A DNA stretch of 24,000 bases, from NCBI RefSeq assembly GCF_000243255.1, contig NZ_CM001436.1, forward strand, positions 2,724,743-2,748,742. Reading direction: 5' to 3'. The DNA is from Methanoplanus limicola DSM 2279 (GTDB lineage: Archaea; Halobacteriota; Methanomicrobia; Methanomicrobiales; Methanomicrobiaceae). Positions 16,463 through 24,000 of this stretch are shown here, piece by piece (position 1 is the stretch's first letter; each line of letters starts with the position of its first letter). The position numbers and the translations under genes are program-made. Below the pieces are notes generated by a model. It did not search any database. It was not told the DNA's origin and worked only from the letters and a program-made list of their open reading frames with translations.

Positions 16463-17017
16463 ATGCAAATTCCCACACCAGGTGAAATCAGGGAAAAACG
16501 GATAAAACTTGGTATGACGCAGTCAGAAACTGCACGCAAATCGGGACTCAGCCAGTCTATGATTGCCAGAATAGAGTCGGGGAGCGTCGATCCGAGAGTG
16601 AGCACCCTCCGAAAGATAGTCTCTGTACTTCAGGAAGCGGAAAAGTCAGCACTTACAGCTGTGGACCTTATGTTTTCACCGGTTATATCCGTTGAGTCTG
16701 GCGAAAGCCTTGCAAAAACAGTCTCAATTATGGGAGAGAAAGGGATCTCACAACTGCCGGTTATTGACTGCGGTGTGCCGGTAGGCTGCATCTCCGAGTC
16801 TGCTATCATAAATGCAATGGAAGACGGGCGCATTAAAGAGATAGGAAAACACCTGGCTAAGGATCTGATGGAGGACTGCTTCCCGGTTGTCGGACCCTCA
16901 ACAGATACGGATACCATTATGCACATCCTGCACAACAATCACGCAGTGCTTGTCCTTGAAAAGGGCACTGTAAAAGGCGTCATAACAAAGCATGACCTGA
17001 TTGCAAAGAGGCAGTAA
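16463..17017 (+). CDS. XRE-type HTH plus tandem CBS-domain regulator
   Basis: 184 aa. N-terminal HTH (IREKRIKLGMTQSETARKSGLSQSMIARIESG) followed by a CBS pair (...GISQLPVID..., ...HAVLVLEKGTVKGVITKHDLI). Confidence 0.8.
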   Translation: MQIPTPGEIREKRIKLGMTQSETARKSGLSQSMIARIESGSVDPRVSTLRKIVSVLQEAEKSALTAVDLMFSPVISVESGESLAKTVSIMGEKGISQLPVIDCGVPVGCISESAIINAMEDGRIKEIGKHLAKDLMEDCFPVVGPSTDTDTIMHILHNNHAVLVLEKGTVKGVITKHDLIAKRQ

Positions 17018-17052
17018 AAAAAAGAATATATTCAGTATTTTTGAAATTCAGT

Positions 17053-17730
17053 TCAGATAACCCCGCCTGCAAGGTCAGTGAGCACAGCGTAGGGGTCCTT
17101 TGCCTTTACAACTCCGGATGCAAGCAGTACACCGTCTGCACCAAGATCCATTGCCGTTTTAATACAGTTTCCGGAATGAATGCCCGCACCTGCAAGGACT
17201 TTTGTACTGCCGCTGACATTCTTTACAGCCCGGACAGAATTTTCAATTATTCCAGGGTCTGCTGATGAGACAGATACGCCCGAACCTATAAGCTCAGGAG
17301 GTTCGATTGCAATGAATTCCGGAGAGAATGCTGCTGCCGCAGCACTTGTGAATACATCATTGGTGCAGACAATTGTCTCAAGATGCACAGACTTTGCAAT
17401 CTCCACTGCAAGAGAGATGTCTGCAAGTGTGAGACGCTTCTCAGAATGGTTGATAAGCGTCCCGCAGGCGCCGGCCGAGACCACAGCATCAGCAAGAATA
17501 TGTCCGGTACCCGCGCCCGGTTTTACAGGGTCTATATGCTGTGCATATACAGGCAGGGAATAGTGCATTGACATTGGATGGAGATCCATATAGCCCGGAG
17601 CAATACCTATAATAACCCCCGTCTCATTCATAACCGTCTCTGCGGCTTCTGCAATCCTGTGTCCTGCTTTGCCAAATCCTTCAGTATAGATCTTGAAATT
17701 TATAATTATCTCAGGAAATCTCTTGGCCAT
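17053..17730 (-). CDS. tpiA: Triosephosphate isomerase (short archaeal type)
   Basis: 225 aa. IINFKIY..., catalytic [10 protein letters not shown] and AIEPPELIG motifs, and GAGI near the C-terminus. SD GGAGAG upstream. Starts 14 nt after the mbf1 stop. Confidence 0.9.
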   Translation of the reverse strand: MAKRFPEIIINFKIYTEGFGKAGHRIAEAAETVMNETGVIIGIAPGYMDLHPMSMHYSLPVYAQHIDPVKPGAGTGHILADAVVSAGACGTLINHSEKRLTLADISLAVEIAKSVHLETIVCTNDVFTSAAAAAFSPEFIAIEPPELIGSGVSVSSADPGIIENSVRAVKNVSGSTKVLAGAGIHSGNCIKTAMDLGADGVLLASGVVKAKDPYAVLTDLAGGVI

Positions 17731-17744
17731 TCTCTCCTACCCCC

Positions 17745-18260
17745 TTATTTAGACCTCTTAAGCTTCATCATATCCCCAAGAGTCGGAGTTACAGGACCGG
17801 ATTTCTCAGACCTGATGTCTGTATCAGTGGACTCAATGAGCTTAATCTTCAGTGCACTCTCAATCTTCTTTCTGACGCCGTCTTCCGGGATCATGCCTTT
17901 CTCTATCTTCTTTATAAGGCCCTCTTTCTCTTTGATACTCAGGGCAAGTTCCTTCTGAGAGAGACCAAGCGCCTCTCTTCCCTCCCGGACCCTGGCAGAG
18001 AAATCATCCACAATATCGCCGTCCATCATGTCAAAGACATCTCTTGCACGCCTCTTTGGTGCTGAAGCAGCCCCGGAAGCACCCGGCCTTATAGTCTTAA
18101 TTTTGCCGGCCTGCTGCTGTGCCTGTGCTCCTGCACCCGGCCTTTCCAAAACTGTGCCAAGCTTTGAGCATTTACTGCATACACGCATTCTGGCGCCGCC
18201 AATCTGGACGAGAACGGGTTTTCCCCGGATCGTTTCTCCGCAAACCTCACACTCTGTCAT
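17745..18260 (-). CDS. Archaeal multiprotein-bridging factor 1 (zinc ribbon plus HTH)
   Basis: 171 aa. N-terminal CEVCG...CSKC zinc ribbon and a C-terminal cro/C1-type HTH (REALGLSQKELALSIKEKEGLIKKIEKG), the architecture of aMBF1. Confidence 0.85.
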   Translation of the reverse strand: MTECEVCGETIRGKPVLVQIGGARMRVCSKCSKLGTVLERPGAGAQAQQQAGKIKTIRPGASGAASAPKRRARDVFDMMDGDIVDDFSARVREGREALGLSQKELALSIKEKEGLIKKIEKGMIPEDGVRKKIESALKIKLIESTDTDIRSEKSGPVTPTLGDMMKLKRSK

Positions 18261-18274
18261 AAAAATCTAAACAT

Positions 18275-18282
18275 CTATATAT
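18275..18282 (+). promoter_or_regulatory. Candidate TATA box for pan
   Basis: CTATATAT lies 35-42 nt upstream of the ATG at 18317. SD GAGG is at 18308-18311. Confidence 0.35.
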
Positions 18283-18316
18283 CAAACAAAACCTAAATAC
18301 CTATTTGAGGGAACGG

Positions 18317-19555
18317 ATGGCAGATAGCCAGACAAAAAAATCCGAATCACTGAATGAGGAGGATGTAACAAGGTACCTCCTCGACAGAATTTCCGGTCTT
18401 GAGAAGAGAAATCTCGAACTTCGTGAGGAATTAAGGCAGCTTGAATCAGAGAAGCGCTTTATTGAGACACAGAAGATAAGATTTGAACGCGAGATCAGGA
18501 AACTGAAAGGTGAGGTCGAAAAACTGAGAAGCCCGCCGCTTATAATCGGCACTATAACCGACATTGCAGGTGACAGCAGATATGTCGTACAGTCCAGCGC
18601 AGGCCCTAAATTTATGGTTCGTGCATCCGGATTTCTTGACACCGCTGACCTGAAACAGGGTGCAAGATGTACACTCAACCAGCAGTCATTAACTATAGTA
18701 GACATACTGCCGGTATCCTTTGATTCCCAGATCTACGGGATGGAGATCAGCAATATTCCGGAGGAGACCTATGACGATGTAGGAGGCCTTGAATACCAGA
18801 TAACCGAGATCCGGGAAGCAGTTGAACTTCCGCTGACAAAACCTGAAATATTTACCAGAATTGGAATTACTCCGCCCAAAGGAGTACTGCTCTATGGCCC
18901 TCCGGGAACAGGAAAGACTCTCCTTGCAAGGGCTGTGGCCCATCACACCGAGGCAAAATTCCTGAGGGTTGTCGGTTCAGAGCTGGTCCAGAAATATATA
19001 GGGGAGGGCGCAAGACTTGTGAGAGAACTGTTTGAACTTGCAAGAAAATCCGCACCCTCAATAATATTTATAGATGAGATAGATGCAATCGGTGCGCACC
19101 GGACAGAGGGGATCACTTCCGGAGACAGGGAAGTACAGAGAACTCTCATGCAGCTTTTAGCTGACCTTGACGGCTTTGAGGCAAGAGGAGATGTCAAAAT
19201 AATCGGGGCAACGAACAGAATAGATATACTTGACCCCGCACTCCTCCGCCCCGGAAGATTTGACCGCATTATTGAGATTCCTCTCCCGGACTACGAAGGC
19301 AGGCTCTCAATTCTGAAAATCCATACAGAAAATATGAATATATCTAAAAAATTATCACTTGAGGATATTGCAAAACTTACGGAAGGTATGAACGGCTCGG
19401 AACTGAGAGCCATATGTACCGAGGCCGGCATGTTTGCCCTTAGAAATGAGAAGGATTATGTGGGAATAGATGATTTCATCCTTGCGACAGATAAAGTGGG
19501 AAGCGAGATAAAAAACCACATGAAGACTACCAGTGACGGAGTTATGTTTGCCTGA
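18317..19555 (+). CDS. pan: Proteasome-activating nucleotidase (PAN), paralogue 1
   Basis: 412 aa from the ATG at 18317. The ORF track starts at TTG 18305, but the SD GAGG fits the ATG. N-terminal coiled coil, OB region, Walker A GPPGTGKT, Walker [15 protein letters not shown] arginine fingers. C-terminus ...GVMFA. Confidence 0.9.
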   Translation: MADSQTKKSESLNEEDVTRYLLDRISGLEKRNLELREELRQLESEKRFIETQKIRFEREIRKLKGEVEKLRSPPLIIGTITDIAGDSRYVVQSSAGPKFMVRASGFLDTADLKQGARCTLNQQSLTIVDILPVSFDSQIYGMEISNIPEETYDDVGGLEYQITEIREAVELPLTKPEIFTRIGITPPKGVLLYGPPGTGKTLLARAVAHHTEAKFLRVVGSELVQKYIGEGARLVRELFELARKSAPSIIFIDEIDAIGAHRTEGITSGDREVQRTLMQLLADLDGFEARGDVKIIGATNRIDILDPALLRPGRFDRIIEIPLPDYEGRLSILKIHTENMNISKKLSLEDIAKLTEGMNGSELRAICTEAGMFALRNEKDYVGIDDFILATDKVGSEIKNHMKTTSDGVMFA

Positions 19556-19702
19556 ATCAGGAACAATGATTATAGTGCACTGGTTCCACACCCCATAGTA
19601 ATAGTAATAAGCAGATTTTCAAGCAGATTTTCCGGATCATTCCGGAAAGTTCTGCATTATACTGTATACAGGCCGTATTCCCGCAGGAAAGATAAAAACA
19701 GA

Positions 19703-20146
19703 TCAATCCTCTGATCTGCTGTACCTGACCTCAAGGACACGGTCGCACATTTCACAGAAATCGGGGTAATCCTCTTTTTTTGAATTTATATCAATCTTCA
19801 GTTTTCCGGAGATAAAACCGTCTTTAATCCCTATAAGACCTGCATTCCCACCGGCATCACTGAGCTTTAAATTTCTGCCATATATCTCTCCTGCAAAAAT
19901 TTCCGAGCAGTATATGCCGGGAGAAACTTCAAAGAGAACAGAGGCGACATAACGCCTGATGTACCACCTGATCTCGGAGAGCAGGGACAAAGAGCCGCCG
20001 AGGGTCGAATTTGGGATTACTACTCCGCAGTCCGTTCTTTCAGGCCGGTAAAATCTGAGAATATCCCTGCTCGTCTCTGATGCAAGAAGGGTAGAAAAGA
20101 GATCTATACCCTCCTTCTGAATGAGCAGAAGATTCATTTCAATCAC
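19703..20146 (-). CDS. Hypothetical protein, translationally coupled to PAN paralogue 2
   Basis: 147 aa. The GTG start overlaps the PAN2 stop (GTGA), with an alternative ATG 9 nt downstream. No family recognised by eye. Alternating beta/alpha propensity around VLFEVSPGIYCSEI. Codon usage looks like that of its neighbours. Confidence 0.5.
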   Translation of the reverse strand: MIEMNLLLIQKEGIDLFSTLLASETSRDILRFYRPERTDCGVVIPNSTLGGSLSLLSEIRWYIRRYVASVLFEVSPGIYCSEIFAGEIYGRNLKLSDAGGNAGLIGIKDGFISGKLKIDINSKKEDYPDFCEMCDRVLEVRYSRSED

Positions 20147-21315
20147 ATATACATTATATCCGATGAGCCGGTCTTCTTAGTGACCTTGTCAATGGAATAG
20201 ATGAAATCGTCAAATGTTACATAGTCTGCATTGTTCCTGACCGCATTCATACCCGCTTCGCGGCAGATGGACTGCAGTTCAGCTCCGGTCATATTCTCGG
20301 TCAGTGATACCAGCTTCTCAATCGAGACATCTTTTATATTCATTCTTGAGGAGTGGATCTTTAAGATGTCAGACCTGGCTGTCTCATCCGGAAGTGAGAC
20401 CTCAAGAATCCGGTCAAATCTCCCGGGGCGGAGGAGTGCGGGGTCAAGCATATCCACCCTGTTGGTGGCTGCCATAATCCTGACATTACCCCGGTTGTCA
20501 AATCCGTCCATCTCAGCTAAAAGCTGCATAAGTGTCCTCTGCACCTCAGCACTGCCGGAGGTTCCGTCCTGTGTCCTCATGCTTCCGATGGAGTCGATCT
20601 CATCTATGAATACTATAGACGGTGACCTCTCCCGTGCAAGTAAGAAGAGGTCCCTGACCATCTGGGCACCCTCACCTATGAATTTATGGACAAGTTCACT
20701 GCCGGACATACGGATAAATGTAGCATTGGCACGGTTTGCAACTGCCTTTGCAATCATTGTCTTGCCTGTCCCCGGAGGGCCGAAGAGGAGGATTCCCTTT
20801 GGAGGTTCCACACCTATCTTTTCAAAGACTTCAGGGCGCGTCAGCGGGTACTCCACCGCCTCCCGTACCTCCTCGATCTCATTTCTAAGACCGCCGATCA
20901 TATCAAAACTGACATTCGGAGATTCTTCCAGTTCCATTACACGCACGCGGGTATCAAAGGTATTGCCGACAATCCTGACAATAGAGAGCGCGTTGTTGAC
21001 AGCGACCTTCATTCCGGCTTTAATCTGGCCTCTCAGGCAGTCAATAGTCTGCGTAATATATTCCTGGTTATTGCCCTGCTGACGCAGGTAAATCTCACCA
21101 CTGTCAAGAATGTCAATAACTGTCGCAACAAAGAGAGGAGGGCGCTTTAGCTGTTCATTCTCCCTTTTAAGCTGTGTATTTTCCTTTTGGAGGTTGTTAA
21201 TCTCCCTGTTGAGGATATCAAGCTTTACCCTTAAATCCTGCAACTGTTCGTTTAGTTCCTGTAGTCCCGGTTTTGAAAAACTATCTCCGGAATTGTTGCA
21301 GACTGATTCATCCAT
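20143..21315 (-). CDS. Proteasome-activating nucleotidase-like AAA ATPase, paralogue 2
   Basis: 390 aa. Coiled coil (LQDLRVKLDILNREINNLQKENTQLKRENEQL), Walker A GPPGTGKT, Walker B IVFIDEID, PGRFDR. C-terminus ...DIMYM, a canonical Hb-Y-X. Confidence 0.9.
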   Translation of the reverse strand: MDESVCNNSGDSFSKPGLQELNEQLQDLRVKLDILNREINNLQKENTQLKRENEQLKRPPLFVATVIDILDSGEIYLRQQGNNQEYITQTIDCLRGQIKAGMKVAVNNALSIVRIVGNTFDTRVRVMELEESPNVSFDMIGGLRNEIEEVREAVEYPLTRPEVFEKIGVEPPKGILLFGPPGTGKTMIAKAVANRANATFIRMSGSELVHKFIGEGAQMVRDLFLLARERSPSIVFIDEIDSIGSMRTQDGTSGSAEVQRTLMQLLAEMDGFDNRGNVRIMAATNRVDMLDPALLRPGRFDRILEVSLPDETARSDILKIHSSRMNIKDVSIEKLVSLTENMTGAELQSICREAGMNAVRNNADYVTFDDFIYSIDKVTKKTGSSDIMYM

Positions 21316-21353
21316 GATTACTTTATATCTTAATCTTACAACATTTATTAGAT

Positions 21354-21758
21354 ATGTCTTTTACAATCCAGTGCAGGGGTATTTCCAAAGGAAAAGCTAA
21401 AGGCGAGATTATTGTAAGCAAGGACCCGATCTCATTTCTCTCAGGGGTTGATCCGGAGACCGGGATAGTTATGGAAAAGGGGCATGCAATTGAGGGAAGG
21501 TCAATAGCCGGAAAAGTGCTGGTATTCCCACACGGAAAAGGCTCCACAGTCGGATCATACATAGTGTATGCCCTGAAGAAAAATGGCAAAGCACCAGCTG
21601 CGATTGTAAATAACGAAGCAGAGACGATAATTGCCACAGGTGCAATAATAGCCGATCTCCCGATGGTGGATAAACCCTCACAGGATATAAATTCCCTGAA
21701 GGACGGCATGATAGCAGAAGTAGACGGCGATGAAGGCGTAATTCTTATCGAAGACTAA
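21354..21758 (+). CDS. Aconitase-X swivel-domain protein (DUF126), putative phosphomevalonate dehydratase small subunit
   Basis: 134 aa. GKAKGEIIVSKDPISFLSGVDPETG...GKVLVFPHGKGSTVGSYIVYALKKNGKAPAAIV is the conserved AcnX small-subunit/swivel pattern. No DUF521 large subunit is in the window. Confidence 0.75.
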   Translation: MSFTIQCRGISKGKAKGEIIVSKDPISFLSGVDPETGIVMEKGHAIEGRSIAGKVLVFPHGKGSTVGSYIVYALKKNGKAPAAIVNNEAETIIATGAIIADLPMVDKPSQDINSLKDGMIAEVDGDEGVILIED

Positions 21759-21779
21759 AATCTTTTTCGCGGTGCTATC

Positions 21780-22898
21780 TTGTATTATCATCTTATTTTA
21801 ACTGACGAGTGTAACCTCTGCTGTACATACTGCAGGGATAAGGCATTCATTGTTCCGGACAGCGACTACAACAGTTTTAAATTGTCAGATACTCCTCCGG
21901 AAATTGAATACAGCATTGATTCGCTAATTGATTTCCTCTCAAAAGACAGAGATCCAAGCATTCTCTTCTATGGAGGAGAACCACTTCTCAGAATAAAAAT
22001 GATTGAGGAGATCATGGACCGTGCAGAGAATACCTCTTTTCTGATTTACACAAACGGAATTTTTCTTGACAGGCTTAAAGACGAATATCTAAGCAGGATA
22101 TCCTACATCTTCATATCAATAGACGGGGATGAGGAGACTACAGACGGATACCGGGGAAGGGGAGTTTACAGGAAAATCTTTGAAAATCTGAAAGAGATCA
22201 GGGAGAGAGGGTTTAAAGGAGAGATAATCGCCAGGATGACTGTTGCTGAAAAGACTGACATCTGTAAATCTGTCCTCCACCTCCAGAACCACGAGAACTT
22301 CCGGTTTGATTCCATACACTGGCAGCTAGATGCAAATTTCTGGTATGACTATGGTTTAAGGCCGGAATTTAAGGCATGGATAACTGAGTCATACAATCCC
22401 GGAATATCAAAGCTCGCAGAATACTGGCTCAGAAAACTCAAAGAGGGTGAGTTTATCAGGTGGTACCCCTTCGCAGCAACAGCCGGAGATATTCTTAAAG
22501 GAATTGCAGTAAATCCGATAAGATGCGGCGCAGGAATATACAATTATGCCATTTTAACGGACGGGAACATTGCACCATGTCCCTGTATGGCCGGACTTGA
22601 GGAGTATTACTGCGGCAATATCTGTGAGACAGACCCCTCTGAAATTCTTAAATCAGAGATCAGCGGGGACTGCACCGACTGTGAAATAAAGGATTTCTGC
22701 GGCGGAAGATGCCTCTACTCCAATATAATCAGGCCGTGGCCTGCCGAGGGCAGAGAGATAGTCAGGGATTCGGTAAAACATCTCAAAGAGTGCATTGAGG
22801 ATAAAATTCCGGATATAAAAGAGCTGACTGAGAAGGGCATAATATCGGAGAGGGTTTTTGATTACGAAAAGTATAACGGCTGTGAGATAATCCCATAA
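21780..22898 (+). CDS. Radical SAM / SPASM-domain enzyme (putative peptide- or protein-modifying maturase)
   Basis: 372 aa. N-terminal CNLCCTYC (Cx3Cx2C) and C-terminal auxiliary-cluster Cys motifs (CGAG...CPC...CGNIC...CTDCEIKDFCGGRC). TTG start with GGTG 7 nt upstream. Confidence 0.85.
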   Translation: MYYHLILTDECNLCCTYCRDKAFIVPDSDYNSFKLSDTPPEIEYSIDSLIDFLSKDRDPSILFYGGEPLLRIKMIEEIMDRAENTSFLIYTNGIFLDRLKDEYLSRISYIFISIDGDEETTDGYRGRGVYRKIFENLKEIRERGFKGEIIARMTVAEKTDICKSVLHLQNHENFRFDSIHWQLDANFWYDYGLRPEFKAWITESYNPGISKLAEYWLRKLKEGEFIRWYPFAATAGDILKGIAVNPIRCGAGIYNYAILTDGNIAPCPCMAGLEEYYCGNICETDPSEILKSEISGDCTDCEIKDFCGGRCLYSNIIRPWPAEGREIVRDSVKHLKECIEDKIPDIKELTEKGIISERVFDYEKYNGCEIIP

Positions 22899-23035
22899 AT
22901 AGCAGCCGGGAGGAGAAGAAAACCGGTGCCAATGACAGGTATCATCTGCCGGATGCCAACAATTACTGGTAAATGCAGGACATTACTATATAAATCCGGA
23001 TAATTTCCTTATTTAAAATAATATCAGGACCAAAT

Positions 23036-24000
23036 ATGAAGATCAACTGGAGAAATATAAAATGGGCGGGAAATTCTTATGCAGCATTGTATGCGGCATG
23101 CGAACTGGCCGGTTATGAACTTATTCCGGTTGATAAACCTGAAGACGACATAACCCTTTACAGCTTAAACTCTGTAAACGCAGACCATTTTTCTGATGAA
23201 ATAAGAAACGCAGAGTGCATAACTGTTGCAGGCGGCCCTCATCCAAGCGCAGACCATAAACAATTTACAGGGATTGCAGACTATGTCGTTGTAGGTGAGG
23301 CGGAATACTCCCTTCCGGCACTGCTGAGATACCTTGACCCTGACAGTCCTGAAAAAGACCTTCCGGCAGGTGTCGCAGCGGGTGACAGATACAGGGAGAA
23401 GGATTACTGTGTAATTCCGGACGCATACCCGCCGTTTACAAAGATTAAGGGGTATGTCGAGATCAGCCGGGGCTGCCCCTACGGCTGCGCCTACTGCCAG
23501 ACGCCAAGGCTCTTCGGGCAGGGCATAAGGCACAGGAGCATTGACTGTATTGTTAAGGCTGCATCAGGATACAGGGATGTCAGATTTATCAGCCCGAACT
23601 CACTTGCATACGGTTCAAAGACAGGTACATCACCGGACTATGACAAACTGGAAAAACTTCTCTCTTCCTTTTTTTCTGACCAGAATGTCTACCTCGGGAC
23701 ATTCCCAAGCGAAGTGAGGCCCGAATTTGTCACAGAAAAATCACTGGAACTGATATCAGATTACTGCTCCAACAAAAAGATCCATTTCGGCGCCCAGTCG
23801 GGCAGCAACAGAATGCTCAGAAAGATAAGACGCGGGCATACTTCGGAAGACGTTGTATCGGCAGTAGAACTCTGCCGGGAATTTGGGTTTACTCCGGTTG
23901 TGGACTACATAATAGGCCTTCCGGGCGAAGAGGAGGAAGACCAGAGAGAGACCCTTGAGCAGATAAAATGGGTATGCAGATACGGCAAGGTTCATTCACA
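23036..24000 (+). CDS. B12-binding-like domain / radical SAM protein, 3' end outside the window
   Basis: Not in the ORF track because it has no stop in the window. ATG at 23036, frame open to the window edge: MKINWRNIKWAGNSYAALYAACELAGYELIPV...VEISRGCPYGCAYCQTP (Cx3Cx2C)...GAQSGSNRMLRKIRRGH...IIGLPGEEEED. TATA-like ACTATATAAA lies about 45 nt upstream. Confidence 0.8.
   Translation, partial: MKINWRNIKWAGNSYAALYAACELAGYELIPVDKPEDDITLYSLNSVNADHFSDEIRNAECITVAGGPHPSADHKQFTGIADYVVVGEAEYSLPALLRYLDPDSPEKDLPAGVAAGDRYREKDYCVIPDAYPPFTKIKGYVEISRGCPYGCAYCQTPRLFGQGIRHRSIDCIVKAASGYRDVRFISPNSLAYGSKTGTSPDYDKLEKLLSSFFSDQNVYLGTFPSEVRPEFVTEKSLELISDYCSNKKIHFGAQSGSNRMLRKIRRGHTSEDVVSAVELCREFGFTPVVDYIIGLPGEEEEDQRETLEQIKWVCRYGKVHS

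Noticed and set aside
18305-18316. TTG start of pan used by the ORF track
   Set aside because: The GAGG at 18308-18311 is positioned as the SD for the ATG at 18317. The TTG would lie at or upstream of the likely transcription start.
19609-19645. Tandem 12-mer AAGCAGATTTTC x2 followed by the small hairpin CCGGA-TCAT-TCCGG
   Set aside because: It is too short to be meaningful on its own. It sits in the convergent spacer after pan, where T-runs most simply act as terminator signals.
20231-21082. 283-aa + strand ORF. The same applies to 10711-11517 (268 aa), 1052-1492 (146 aa), 18301-18705 (134 aa), 7526-7909 (127 aa) and 23165-23533 (122 aa).
   Set aside because: These are antisense shadow ORFs inside strongly supported genes (PAN2, nfnB, ndk/rpl24e, PAN1, cetZ, rSAM). 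They have Ser/Arg/Leu-rich low-information translations and no start context.

Overview
This window is mostly core chromosome of a euryarchaeon. The archaeal assignment rests on L7Ae/S28e/L24e ribosomal proteins, two PAN proteasome ATPases, the archaeosine genes tgtA/arcS, a CetZ-type tubulin homologue, aMBF1, archaeal-type TIM and a type-A RNase P RNA. Shine-Dalgarno sequences of the GGAGGTGATC type are also present. The gene content resembles a methanogen of the Methanomicrobia class, but that is inference: no methanogenesis gene is in the window. Coding density is high, about 24 genes, with many 4-17 nt overlaps and several TTG/GTG starts. Content in order: a TrkH-type K+ transporter 3' end; an odd non-coding tract with phased repeats and a decayed AAA-ATPase gene; the conserved rpl7ae-rps28e-rpl24e-ndk operon; a four-gene overlapping membrane glycosylation/lipid-type operon (FAD oxidoreductase, GT2, flippase-like protein, YYY-domain polytopic protein); cetZ followed by an envelope-anchored coiled-coil protein; nfnAB-like oxidoreductase; an AMMECR1-tgtA-arcS operon; RNase P RNA, which the ORF track hides under two spurious ORFs; an HTH-CBS regulator; mbf1-tpiA; two convergent PAN paralogues, one coupled to an orphan 147-aa ORF; and an AcnX small subunit (DUF126) followed by two radical-SAM enzymes. 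I see no CRISPR array, tRNA, rRNA, transposase, integrase or recognisable defence system. The candidates for undescribed biology are modest: the cetZ partner gene, the PAN2-coupled orphan ORF, the YYY-domain operon and the radical-SAM pair. All need homology or structure searches that I cannot run here.
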